Source: Nanobdellota archaeon
GTDB lineage: Archaea; Nanobdellota; Nanobdellia; Pacearchaeales; GW2011-AR1
Assembly: GCA_043810695.1 (NCBI GenBank)
Contig: JBDRNV010000002.1
Span: 5,015 to 69,014, forward strand
Direction of reading: 5' to 3'
DNA: 64,000 nt
The stretch's first letter is position 1, and each line of letters opens with the position of its first letter. The translations under genes were made by a program, and so were the position numbers. The notes beneath the pieces were generated by a model. The model saw only the letters and a program-made list of their open reading frames with translations. It ran no database searches and was not told where the DNA came from. Positions 1-8,613 of this stretch are shown here, piece after piece.

Positions 1-109
1 AGCGTCAATAGGAGTCCATTTTTCATTAAAAAATCAAGAAATTCCTCTTTAAAAAGATTGCTATACTCTACTTTAGATCATTCTGAAAGCTAAAATCTTG
101 TTCAAAAAG

Positions 110-817
110 CTAAAAAATCGTTATTGTAAAAAGGAAAAGATTAAGGAAGAAGTTTATTGGAATTGTCACCCAGATATTCTCTGTTTTATTATACATAAAA
201 CACATGAGCAAATTTGCCAAAAACATGAAAATAGCAATCTTATAGCCAAAACCAAGGCTAAAAATTCCATATAATAAAGCAGGGAAAATTATAGAACTAA
301 AAATTCCATAATTCTTTTTAATTAAACTCTGAATTCCCCCTCTAAATAATAACTCTTCTGAAAACGCAATTATTGGAAGAATAAAAAAAAGCTCAGAATA
401 TCCTTTAAGCCCAAATAGCCAGCTCCCAGCAATTCCTAAAGCTCCTCCCAAAAGAATTGTTAATGGAAGAAAAGATAGCCCTCTTTTCATATTTCCAAGA
501 CTTATTCTAAATTTTATAGAATAAATTAAAACAAGAAAGAAAAGAATAAGATAAACAACAATAGCTTTTATTGGATAATCAAAATTAACAAATAGCTCTA
601 TAACTCTTATAATTGGCAAAATCATAAAAAGAATTATTAATTTTCCATAATCATTCAATGTTCCTTCTTTAGATAGAACAATCAGACATCCTGTAATTAA
701 TAAGATATAAAGAAAAAACCCAGGCACAGGACTCACATTGATAATTATCTCTGATAAAAGCAAACACAATATCAATAATATTAAAAGATATTTTTTCATT
801 TTAAAATTTAGAAGCAA
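110..817 (-). CDS. CPBP-family (CAAX-type) intramembrane protease
   Basis: Polytopic membrane ORF; 'SEELLFRGG' fits the EExxxR motif of CPBP/Abi proteases. Confidence 0.65.
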   Translation of the reverse strand: MLLNFKMKKYLLILLILCLLLSEIIINVSPVPGFFLYILLITGCLIVLSKEGTLNDYGKLIILFMILPIIRVIELFVNFDYPIKAIVVYLILFFLVLIYSIKFRISLGNMKRGLSFLPLTILLGGALGIAGSWLFGLKGYSELFFILPIIAFSEELLFRGGIQSLIKKNYGIFSSIIFPALLYGIFSLGFGYKIAIFMFLANLLMCFMYNKTENIWVTIPINFFLNLFLFTITIF

Positions 818-983
818 TGTCTATTACCATAATAATAAAGAAGACAACTAATAGAATAATAATCATAGGAAAAAGAGTTTTCTTTATTTTTTTTCCACCC
901 AGCTCTGCTAAAATAAGATATCCTATTAGCAGAACAGTCAAAAATATAGGTGAAATATCTCCTACATTATTCAAAGTTATCAT
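801..983 (-). CDS. small membrane protein, unknown function
   Basis: 60-aa ORF with two hydrophobic helices, overlaps start of downstream CPBP gene. Confidence 0.3.
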   Translation of the reverse strand: MITLNNVGDISPIFLTVLLIGYLILAELGGKKIKKTLFPMIIILLVVFFIIMVIDIASKF

Positions 984-1044
984 TAAATAAACTAAAGATA
1001 TGCTTATTTAAAGTTTTTTTGATTTCTCTCTATAATGAATCAAA

Positions 1045-1077
1045 CAACACCAGTTTCCCATCTTTATCCCTGAGAAA
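1045..1077. repeat. copy a of nuclease-gene 3' end
   Basis: acaacaccagtttcccatctttatccctgagaaa; differs at about 5 of 34 positions from copy b, more diverged from the true end. Confidence 0.7.
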
Positions 1078-1210
1078 TGTCTAAAACATTTTCAATGTTC
1101 TTCAAATCCTGCCATTTAATAAAGAAACATTTAAATAGTTTTGTTATATTAATATTACAATTGTAAATAAAATATTACATATGTAATAAAAAAATAACGC
1201 TAAAGAGAGC

Positions 1211-1735
1211 ATGCTAAATAAATACAGCAGATACAGGGTTTTAAGGGTTTTTTTGCAAAAACCAACAGAAAGTTTTGGATTAAGGGAAATCGGTCGTCTT
1301 AGCAAATTATCTCCACCATCAGTGATTAAGTATCTAAAAGAGTTTGAATTAGATGGGCTAATAATCAAAACAGAAAAAAAAGGAATTCCCTCTTATCAAG
1401 CAGCCAAAGAAAATGAAGATTTTATCTTTTATAAAAAGGTAGATATTTTATATGAACTTCATAGTTCTGGTCTTGTCGACTATTTGTGGCAGAAATTAGG
1501 CCCAAATGCAATAATTTTATATGGAAGCCATGCAAAAGGGGAAGCTGCAGAAAACTCTGACATTGACATATTTATTATAGGAAAAGATAAAGATATTGTT
1601 CTGGCAGAATTTGAGAAAAAATTAGGTAGAGAAATACATTTGATGTTTGATAATAATGTAAAAAACATTCCGAGTGAACTTAAAAATAACCTAATCAACG
1701 GAATTATATTAAAAGGTTATTTTAAGGTGTTTTAA
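1211..1735 (+). CDS. wHTH + minimal nucleotidyltransferase (MNT-type, HEPN/MNT module)
   Basis: 'ILYGSHAKGEAAENSDIDIFIIG' = GS...DxD NTase motif; N-terminal winged-helix-like region; paralog at 2841..3368. Confidence 0.75.
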   Translation: MLNKYSRYRVLRVFLQKPTESFGLREIGRLSKLSPPSVIKYLKEFELDGLIIKTEKKGIPSYQAAKENEDFIFYKKVDILYELHSSGLVDYLWQKLGPNAIILYGSHAKGEAAENSDIDIFIIGKDKDIVLAEFEKKLGREIHLMFDNNVKNIPSELKNNLINGIILKGYFKVF

Positions 1736-2139
1736 TGATAATCAAAGTTTTTCCAGATAAAGAAAAAGCAAAGTCTATTCTAAAAATGGCCAATTCAAGG
1801 GAGCAATTTCTGAAAGACATGGAAAAAATAAAAATTTATTCAACAATAATTACTGAGAATTATTACGAAATAATTAAGGAGCTTTGTATAGCTGTAATCT
1901 TAACTGATGGTTATAAGGCCATTGGAGAAAATGCTCATAAAGAATTAATTGATTTTATGCGAAGATACAAAGAATTCAATGATTTTGAGATAGAAACAAC
2001 CTAGGATCTTAGGATAAGAAGAAATAAAAGCGCCTATGAAGGAAAGCAAATAGAACTAGTTTATCTGGAAAATAACAGGAATACTTTAATTAAGATAATT
2101 TCTAAACTAAAGAAAATTTTAGAGGGAAAACTTGACTAA
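1735..2139 (+). pseudogene. HEPN-domain partner of MNT, interrupted by in-frame TAG at 2002-2004
   Basis: 89-aa ORF stops at TAG; same frame continues 'DLRIRRNKSAYEGKQ...' (HEPN-like R-x-x-RN motif) to TAA at 2137-2139; start overlaps MNT stop (TAATG). Confidence 0.55.
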
Positions 2140-2161
2140 ACAATTATTATCTCTAAAATCC

Positions 2162-2203
2162 TTTTCCACAACACCAGTTTCCCATCTCTGTCCCATAAGA
2201 AAA
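2162..2203. repeat. copy b of nuclease-gene 3' end
   Basis: ttttccacaacaccagtttcccatctctgtcccataagaaaa; 34/41 identical to 3432-3472. Confidence 0.85.
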
Positions 2204-2233
2204 GAAACATTTATAAATAACTTACCATTATTT

Positions 2234-2575
2234 ATGTGTATGAAAATTAGTAAGGAAGACTTGCTTCGCATAAACAAAGGATTTGGAGGAAATCTTAGAA
2301 GCGACTCAAGTCTTGATTTTGCTATTGATAAAATAAACAGCTCAAAATTAGGGTTTTATAATAGATTAGCCTATTTATGGAGAGCAATATTAGTTGACCA
2401 CCCCTTTTCAGATGGTAATAAGAGAACAGCTGTATTTTTAGCATATGCTTTTGCAGAAGAAAGCAAGAAATATGTAGATAGAGATATATTAGTTCATCAA
2501 GCTATTTCAATAGCAAAGAAAAATATCACCAGTATAAGACAAATAGAATGGAGACTTAAAAATGCAATTAAATAA
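2234..2575 (+). CDS. Fic/Doc-family toxin
   Basis: 'HPFSDGNKRTA' = Fic motif HxFx[DE]GNxR; the tracked ORF start at 2132 is a TTG that reads through the repeat, ATG at 2234/2240 is more plausible. Confidence 0.75.
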   Translation: MCMKISKEDLLRINKGFGGNLRSDSSLDFAIDKINSSKLGFYNRLAYLWRAILVDHPFSDGNKRTAVFLAYAFAEESKKYVDRDILVHQAISIAKKNITSIRQIEWRLKNAIK

Positions 2576-2774
2576 AAAAATAATTAATAGGATATTGAAA
2601 AAGAATAAAAAAGCATTTGAAATGCTAGAAAATTACGATAAAACAAGAGAACTTCCATTTCAAAGAAAAAGAATAGATATTACTCTATCAGTGGAAACAC
2701 TAAGAAAACTTAAGGAATTAAAGGAAAAAACAAAAAAATCAATTTCCCAAATTATTGAAGAAAAAATTCAATAG
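2562..2774 (+). CDS. putative ribbon-helix-helix antitoxin-like protein
   Basis: 70 aa; 'RIDITLSVETLRKLKELKEKT' resembles an RHH beta-strand/helix; overlaps Doc stop. Confidence 0.4.
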   Translation: MQLNKKIINRILKKNKKAFEMLENYDKTRELPFQRKRIDITLSVETLRKLKELKEKTKKSISQIIEEKIQ

Positions 2775-2775
2775 C

Positions 2776-2815
2776 TTTTCCAAAAAATCAATTTCCCCTT
2801 CATCCTTCAACAAAA
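2776..2815. repeat. copy c of nuclease-gene 3' end (most diverged)
   Basis: ttttccaaaaaatcaatttccccttcatccttcaacaaaa followed by catttatata. Confidence 0.6.
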
Positions 2816-2840
2816 CATTTATATACCAAAGGGTACTAAA

Positions 2841-3368
2841 ATGTATATTATGGTACAAAGAAGTATACCGAGCTTATTTGCAGTTATTGAAGTCTTCTTT
2901 CAAGAGCCCACAAAAATACATTTTATCAAAGAAATAAGCCGAGAGATAAAACTTGCTCATACTTCTGTGAGAAACATAATAAAATACCTGGAGAAAAATC
3001 ATATAATTGTTAAGAAAAAATCAAAACCATTTGACGGATACACTGCAGATAGAGAGAATGAGGATTTTATCTTCTATAAAAAGGCTTACAATATTTATTC
3101 GTTGAAAGATATAACCCGTGAAATAGTAAATTCTGTTTATCCTTCAGCAATCGTTCTTTTCGGGTCTTATTCTCGCGGAGAAGATGTAGAATCAAGTGAT
3201 ATTGACATATTTGTTCTTTCTAAAGCAAAAAAAGAGATAAATGTCTCCCCATTTGAAAAAAGCCTTAAGAGAAAAATAAATATAATGACTCTCGACAGAA
3301 TTGAAAAACTTGATGAATTAATAAGGAAAAAAATAAATAACGGGACTGTTTTGCATGGTGAAATATGA
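2841..3368 (+). CDS. wHTH + minimal nucleotidyltransferase (second MNT)
   Basis: 'VLFGSYSRGEDVESSDIDIFVLS'; same architecture as 1211..1735. Confidence 0.75.
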   Translation: MYIMVQRSIPSLFAVIEVFFQEPTKIHFIKEISREIKLAHTSVRNIIKYLEKNHIIVKKKSKPFDGYTADRENEDFIFYKKAYNIYSLKDITREIVNSVYPSAIVLFGSYSRGEDVESSDIDIFVLSKAKKEINVSPFEKSLKRKINIMTLDRIEKLDELIRKKINNGTVLHGEI

Positions 3369-3430
3369 TAGAAGACAGAGTATTTAGGATAAACAAAGAT
3401 AAAGAAAGGGCAGAGGATCTTTTTATATAG
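3365..3430 (+). pseudogene. 21-codon remnant of a HEPN partner gene
   Basis: ATGA overlap with MNT stop as in the first pair; 'MIEDRVFRINKDKERAEDLFI*' parallels 'MIIKVFPDKEKAKS..' then ends where the nuclease gene end begins. Confidence 0.4.
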
Positions 3431-4175
3431 ATTTCCACAGCACCAATTTCCCTTTTTCATCCCATAAGAAAATCGTGTCTCCTGTTTCTGTTAAATCTAA
3501 TTCAAAAGAAACTTCTTCTCCGTTGCCCAATGTTTTTTCCTGGAAGATTGTGTTGTTTCTTCCTTCTGCTTTTATTCTCCATCCAGTTATATCACATGAA
3601 AAATCACAGATATTTTCCAATGTCTCAGAATCTTTCAGTATTATGCAAGAAGCACATTTATGCGATGAAGCTTCGCAGAGATTAATATTACTATTAATAC
3701 AGCTATCCCAGGCTTTAGTAAATTCTGAATAATGCTTATCTTTGCCAGAAGGAAAATAATAATTACCAAATCCATTTTCTACCATTTTAATATTAATATT
3801 CTCATTTTCTAAAAAAACATATGCAAGCGTTCTGTAATATTTATCATAGCGCTCTTTTCCAAATTCAAGCAGAACTGTTTTATTGAAAACCAGCTGTTCA
3901 AGAAATTCTTTTGCCTCTAAATAATATAACTCTCCGCGTTCAGGTGTGTTAATTCCTAAAAGCCTTATACTTGTGTCATTAGACTCAATTGTATCTCCAT
4001 CTATAACTCTATTCACAAAAACTTCTTGTCTTGTATCGAGGAAATTATTAAGTGTGTTATCAAGAATAGGATAATTTAATATAAATAGGGCAAGAATAAG
4101 TGCAATTAACAAAATAATATCCCTTTTCCTAATTGACTTTTGAATAACTTTTTTATTTAACATTAATAATTGCAA
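3423..4175 (-). CDS. membrane-anchored staphylococcal-nuclease (SNase) homolog with C-terminal lamin-tail-like domain
   Basis: N-terminal TM; 'VIDGDTIE...IRLLGINTPE' and 'RYDKYYRTLAYVF' SNase motifs; C-terminal 'ITGWRIKAEG...FLWDEKGKLV' LTD-like. Confidence 0.75.
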   Translation of the reverse strand: MQLLMLNKKVIQKSIRKRDIILLIALILALFILNYPILDNTLNNFLDTRQEVFVNRVIDGDTIESNDTSIRLLGINTPERGELYYLEAKEFLEQLVFNKTVLLEFGKERYDKYYRTLAYVFLENENINIKMVENGFGNYYFPSGKDKHYSEFTKAWDSCINSNINLCEASSHKCASCIILKDSETLENICDFSCDITGWRIKAEGRNNTIFQEKTLGNGEEVSFELDLTETGDTIFLWDEKGKLVLWKSI

Positions 4176-4262
4176 TTATTATAATATATAATTATATTTT
4201 GAAGTTGTGAATATATAATTAATCATAATTAAATATATAAATTCATCTTATCCAGGGGTAAT

Positions 4263-4625
4263 ATGAGTATAGCTAATTTAGTATATGTTGAAGCACAATT
4301 GAAAGAATTAGGGATTAAGCGACTTACAAATATAGAAAAAGAAGCACTAAAAAAACAAAATATTATTTATCAAAGACAATATATTGAAGTATCTAAAAAA
4401 ATATCTGAACTTAATAAAAAGATTTCAGAATTGGAAAATACACTTAAAGAAGCTATACCAACAGCACCTGGCACAACATATATTCATCAAGGATATAGTG
4501 GATGTGGATTAAGAGCTGTTGTACAAATAGGAGTAGATGAAGCATCTCCTGTTTATTATTGTTTAATGTGTGATACTGATTTTCAATCAGATATTATATG
4601 GAATCACATAGATAAAGACTTTTAG
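4263..4625 (+). CDS. hypothetical coiled-coil + Cys-motif protein (paralog of 38655..39029)
   Basis: Shares G[IV]KRLT, YIH..(5)..GCG and YYC..CD..FQ with the 124-aa ORF at 38655. Confidence 0.5.
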   Translation: MSIANLVYVEAQLKELGIKRLTNIEKEALKKQNIIYQRQYIEVSKKISELNKKISELENTLKEAIPTAPGTTYIHQGYSGCGLRAVVQIGVDEASPVYYCLMCDTDFQSDIIWNHIDKDF

Positions 4626-4717
4626 CTAAAATCTCTGCTCCTTTTTCCATTAATCTTTTATTAATCATTGCATAATACTATCACAAAGAATTTAAATAAA
4701 TTTATATAACTAATTTT

Positions 4718-5713
4718 ATGCCAGAGATGAGTAATATGATTCTGCTTGCAGATAAGAATTCTAAAGCTTGGAATTTTGCAGAGAAAATTCAAAATTATAT
4801 CTTAACTCAAAAAGGAAATTTGATTCCTCTTCAAGAAGTAGAAATAACTCATTTCAGAAATGGAGAACTTAACGCTCATGTTCCAGAGAATGTTAGAAAA
4901 AAAGATGTTTACTTTATTCACGATTCCACAAAAAATCCACAGGAATGGTGGATAGAACTTATTTTGATAAGAGATCTTTTGCTTTCTTCATCTGCAGGCT
5001 CTATTACTCTTGTTCTTCCAAATATGCTGTATAGCAGGCAGGATAGAAAAGACAAACCTCATGTTCCAATATCAGCCCGAGCTCTTGCAGAATCAATATC
5101 TCAGGGGGTAAGCAGAATTATCACAATGGATTTGCATGCTCCTCAGATTCAAGGATTCTACCCAGCAACAACTCCTTTAGACAATCTTTACAGTTTTCCA
5201 GAAGCTGTTGACTTTCTAAGAAAAAACTTTTATTCAGATTTAGATAATATTGCAATTATTGCTACAGATGCAGGAGGAGCAGGACGTGCAAGAGCTTTTT
5301 TAAAAAAAATGAACAAAATTCAAGAAAAGGATGTTCTAAAACAAAAATATTCTCTTGCTTTAATGGATAAGATAAGGACAAAAACAGGAGAAGTAGAAGA
5401 AATGAAATTAATAGGAGATATTACTAATCAAAATATTTTAGTTGTTGAGGATATTATTGACTCTGGCGGAACATTATGCAAAGCAGCAGAATTATTAAAG
5501 AAAAACGGAGCAAAAAAATTATTCTGCTATGCAACACATGGAATTTTTACAAAAGGCGTATCAGAGCTTTCTAATTGTTATGATGTTATTCTAACAAGCA
5601 ATACTCATTATTCAGAGAACTCAAACGTGAAGATTGTTGATGTTTCCCCTTTATTTGCAGAAGCTGTTTATAGAGCACAAAAAGGACTTTCTATTTCTGA
5701 ATTGTTTGGATAG
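4718..5713 (+). CDS. prs: ribose-phosphate pyrophosphokinase
   Basis: 'FRNGELNAHV', 'RQDRKD', 'VVEDIIDSGGTL' PRPP-synthase motifs. Confidence 0.9.
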   Translation: MPEMSNMILLADKNSKAWNFAEKIQNYILTQKGNLIPLQEVEITHFRNGELNAHVPENVRKKDVYFIHDSTKNPQEWWIELILIRDLLLSSSAGSITLVLPNMLYSRQDRKDKPHVPISARALAESISQGVSRIITMDLHAPQIQGFYPATTPLDNLYSFPEAVDFLRKNFYSDLDNIAIIATDAGGAGRARAFLKKMNKIQEKDVLKQKYSLALMDKIRTKTGEVEEMKLIGDITNQNILVVEDIIDSGGTLCKAAELLKKNGAKKLFCYATHGIFTKGVSELSNCYDVILTSNTHYSENSNVKIVDVSPLFAEAVYRAQKGLSISELFG

Positions 5714-5715
5714 AT
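5679..5715. repeat. prs 3' end (genuine), left copy of a 37-nt perfect direct repeat
   Basis: aaaaaggactttctatttctgaattgtttggatagat, identical to 6528-6564. Confidence 0.9.
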
Positions 5716-5739
5716 ATCTTTTGAATTAAAATTTAGATT

Positions 5740-5760
5740 ATGAGGGTGAAAGGATTCGAC
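5740..5760 (-). pseudogene. fragment of the tRNA-Leu 3' end (T-arm/acceptor)
   Basis: atgagggtgaaaggattcgac vs atgcgggtgaaaggattcgaac at 6573-6594. Confidence 0.7.
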
Positions 5761-5860
5761 AAAAAGGAATTGCGAATTATTATACAAATCTTTAAATATG
5801 TATATTATTTTTGAGCGGTTGTTTAAAATTATATTCCAAAAATAATTCAGGACAAATAAA

Positions 5861-6247
5861 ATGAAATTTAGCTCAACACCAGCGATGCAGGCAATAGGTT
5901 GTGTGACTAGTTTAGTTAGCCTAGGTGCTTTTGCAAGTGGTATTTATCAAGGGATTTCTAATTCAAAAGGTATTGAAATAGAACCAAATACGCTAATATT
6001 AATAAGATATGGCCCTATAGCGCTTAATGGTCTTTTAGGAATTCCTGCAGCACATGCTTTTTCAAGTGATAAAGAAAATTTAGAAGAAATGGTTAATGGT
6101 GCACCACCAAACTTAGATCAACAAGAAGCAGAAGGATGTTCAAAAAGTTATGCAGGTTGCACTTTTCCTTTTATAGGTGTTGTAGCTACATCTCTTATTG
6201 AATATGCTGGTTATTTGGTCGGCGGTGCTATTGGTGCATCAGTATGA
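5861..6247 (+). CDS. Gly/Ala-rich membrane protein, unknown
   Basis: 128 aa, hydrophobic N- and C-terminal segments; ATGA-coupled to yidD. Confidence 0.4.
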   Translation: MKFSSTPAMQAIGCVTSLVSLGAFASGIYQGISNSKGIEIEPNTLILIRYGPIALNGLLGIPAAHAFSSDKENLEEMVNGAPPNLDQQEAEGCSKSYAGCTFPFIGVVATSLIEYAGYLVGGAIGASV

Positions 6248-6507
6248 AACTAGAAAAAATACTTCAATCATTAGAGATATTATCAATTAAAGGATATAAG
6301 AAAACAACTTCTCCTATATACTCTCTTTTAAATTCTTTTAATATCAATCCTTTTCGATGCAGATATACACCTTCTTGTTCACAATATGCTGAACAAGTAA
6401 TCAAAGAATGGGGTGCCTATAAAGGAACGTTTATGGCTTTAAAGAGAATTATGAGATGTAATCCTTATGGTGGATTTGGTTATGACCCTGTTCCTAAGAA
6501 AAAATAA
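6244..6507 (+). CDS. yidD: YidD-like membrane protein insertion efficiency factor
   Basis: 'CRYTPSCSQYAEQVIKEWGAYKGTFMALKRIMRCNPYGGFGYDPVP' matches the conserved YidD core. Confidence 0.75.
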   Translation: MKLEKILQSLEILSIKGYKKTTSPIYSLLNSFNINPFRCRYTPSCSQYAEQVIKEWGAYKGTFMALKRIMRCNPYGGFGYDPVPKKK

Positions 6508-6527
6508 TATGCAAAGGTAGGGGTAGA

Positions 6528-6564
6528 AAAAAGGACTTTCTATTTCTGAATTGTTTGGATAGAT
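6528..6564. repeat. second (non-coding) copy of the prs 3' end
   Basis: 37/37 identity with 5679-5715, stop codon included. Confidence 0.9.
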
Positions 6565-6573
6565 TCAAAGCCA

Positions 6574-6657
6574 TGCGGGTGAAAGGATTCGAACCTTCGC
6601 AGGCACTAAGCCACAAGATCTTAAGTCTTGTCCGTTTGACCGCTCCGGCACACCCGC
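6574..6657 (-). tRNA. tRNA-Leu (anticodon UAA), class II, no encoded CCA
   Basis: Hand fold: GCGGGTG acceptor, anticodon stem CAAGA/TCTTG with loop CTTAAGA, long variable arm, T-arm GAAGGTTCGAATCCTTT. Confidence 0.85.
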
Positions 6658-6798
6658 ATGAATGGCGCCGCTGCGACGTTCATCACGCTACAGCGTTTGT
6701 TGTATTTCTCAGAAGTTATGTTGCTTAAAAAAGTTTCTTATTAACTTAATAGCTTAATTTAGAGCAACCTTTATTAATACTTTATACTTTTTTTCTTT

Positions 6799-8505
6799 AT
6801 GAAAAGAGCTGTGATTAATGTTCTGAAAAAAGCACTGAATTCTAAAGGAGTTCATTATACAGAAGAGCAGATAGAAAAACTTATTGAAATTCCTCCTAGT
6901 TTAGGAATGGGGGATTATGCTTTTCCATGTTTCTCGCTTTCTGATAAATTAAAAGATGATCCTGCTAGAATAGCTATTGAAATAAGAGAAGAAATAGGAG
7001 AACCTTCTGCAACAGAATTTGCAGATATAGAAACAGAAGGTCCTTATTTGAATTTTTTTCTTAATCGAAAAAGTCTTGCAAGACAAACCGTTTGGGATAT
7101 AATAACCTGGAAAAAAAATTATGGAAAAGGAAAATCAGGAAAAAGAAAAAGAACAATGGTTGAATTTCCAAGCCCAAATACAAACAAACCATTGCATTTA
7201 GGACATTTAAGAAACATGGCAATTGGAGAAAGCATTTCAAGAATTCTTGAGTTTAATGGGGAAAAAGTTATACGAGCAAATCTTAATAGCGACAGAGGAA
7301 TTCATATCTGCAAATCAATGCTCGCGTATCAAAAATGGGGAAGAGAAAAAACTCCAGATAAGAAAAAAATAAAATCAGACCACTTTGTTGGAAATTTTTA
7401 TGTTAAATTTGAAAAAAAGAAGAAAAAGAAACTTGAAGAAGAAGCTCAGGAATTGCTTAGAAAATGGGAAGCAGGAGATAAACGAACTCTTCTATTATGG
7501 AAGTTAATGAATAACTGGGCTTTAGAAGGTTTTGCAGAAACTTACAAAAAATTTGGAATAAAGCATGATGTAACTTATTTTGAAAGCAAAATATATTCAA
7601 AAGGAAAAGAAATTATCGAATACGGAATAAAAAAGAGAATATTTGAAAAGTCAAAAAGTGGAGAAACAAAAATTGATTTAAAAAAAGAAGGTTTGGGAGA
7701 AAAAATTCTTTTAAGAAAAGATGGAACAGCTTTGTATATTATACCTGATTTAGCTTTGGCAAAAATAAAATTCAAAGATTATAAACTAAATCGTTCTATT
7801 TATGTAGTCGGTAATGAGCAGGAATATCATTTCAAAGTTTTATTTTCTATTCTCGAAAGATTAGGATTTCGAAAAGAAGGCAAAGAAATGAAGCATCTTT
7901 CATATGGAATGGTTAATCTTCCTTCTGGACGAATGAAATCAAGAGAAGGAATTGTTGTTGATGCAGATGATTTGATTAAAGATGTAAAATCTATTGCAGA
8001 AAAAGAACTTAAAAAAAGAGAAAAACTCCGTAAGACAGAACTCGAAAAAAGAAGTTCTATAATTGCTTTGGCTGCAATAAAATATATGCTATTAAAACAA
8101 GATATAAAGAAAAATATACTTTTCAATCCAAAAGAATCTGTTTCTTTTGATGGTGATACAGGACCATATATTCAGTATAGTTATGCAAGAGCAGGTTCTA
8201 TATTAAAAAAAGCACCTGAACAGAAAAAATTTGAGGTTTATGAACTAGAGGACAAAGAACTTGAGCTTGTAAAAAAACTTTCTCAGTTTCCAGAAGCTGT
8301 TTTGAATGCAGGCAAAAATTTAAATCCAGCAATTATTGCAAATTATTCTTATGAACTTGCTCAAATATTCAACGAATTTTATCATACCTGCAAAGTTATA
8401 GGTTCTGAACAAGAAGCATTTCGACTTACTCTTGTTCAATCTTTCAGGCAAGTAATAAAAAATTCTTTGAAACTGCTAGGAATTGATGTAGTTGAGAAAA
8501 TGTAA
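6799..8505 (+). CDS. argS: arginyl-tRNA synthetase
   Basis: 'PSPNTNKPLHLGHLRN' HIGH region; C-terminal 'YIQYSYARAGSILKKA' anticodon-binding region. Confidence 0.9.
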   Translation: MKRAVINVLKKALNSKGVHYTEEQIEKLIEIPPSLGMGDYAFPCFSLSDKLKDDPARIAIEIREEIGEPSATEFADIETEGPYLNFFLNRKSLARQTVWDIITWKKNYGKGKSGKRKRTMVEFPSPNTNKPLHLGHLRNMAIGESISRILEFNGEKVIRANLNSDRGIHICKSMLAYQKWGREKTPDKKKIKSDHFVGNFYVKFEKKKKKKLEEEAQELLRKWEAGDKRTLLLWKLMNNWALEGFAETYKKFGIKHDVTYFESKIYSKGKEIIEYGIKKRIFEKSKSGETKIDLKKEGLGEKILLRKDGTALYIIPDLALAKIKFKDYKLNRSIYVVGNEQEYHFKVLFSILERLGFRKEGKEMKHLSYGMVNLPSGRMKSREGIVVDADDLIKDVKSIAEKELKKREKLRKTELEKRSSIIALAAIKYMLLKQDIKKNILFNPKESVSFDGDTGPYIQYSYARAGSILKKAPEQKKFEVYELEDKELELVKKLSQFPEAVLNAGKNLNPAIIANYSYELAQIFNEFYHTCKVIGSEQEAFRLTLVQSFRQVIKNSLKLLGIDVVEKM

Positions 8506-8613
8506 TTTGTCGTCAGTAATTTAAATATAAAATTCTAAAAATTTTTATTAATCAAAACTTATTTAAATGATATTTCATTAATTATAAAATAAAAAGGAGG
8601 AGAATAAAGACAA

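Larger units (their letters stand above)
1045..3431 (+). mobile_element. array of three accessory cassettes (MNT-HEPN; Doc-RHH; MNT-HEPN remnant), each preceded by a copy of the 3' end of the nuclease gene 3423..4175
   Basis: Direct repeats at 1045-1077, 2162-2203, 2776-2815 and the genuine gene end 3432-3472; copies b and c are each followed by an AAACATTTAWA TATA-like box ~20 nt before the cassette ATG. Confidence 0.6.

Noticed and set aside
2002-2004. In-frame TAG in the HEPN ORF as possible stop-codon recoding (Pyl or readthrough)
   Set aside because: TAG terminates several well-conserved genes in the window at the expected protein ends (prs, smc, pcm, vapC). A nonsense mutation in a decaying cassette is the simpler reading.
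2132-2233. The N-terminal 34 codons of the tracked Doc ORF
   Set aside because: This extension starts at TTG and simply reads through the antisense copy of the nuclease gene end and the TATA-like box. ATG at 2234/2240 fits the promoter spacing.
6658-6740. A C/D-box sRNA upstream of tRNA-Leu
   Set aside because: A GUGAUGA C-box-like heptamer is present. No correctly placed D box (CUGA) follows before the tRNA, and the only CUGA lies upstream of it.
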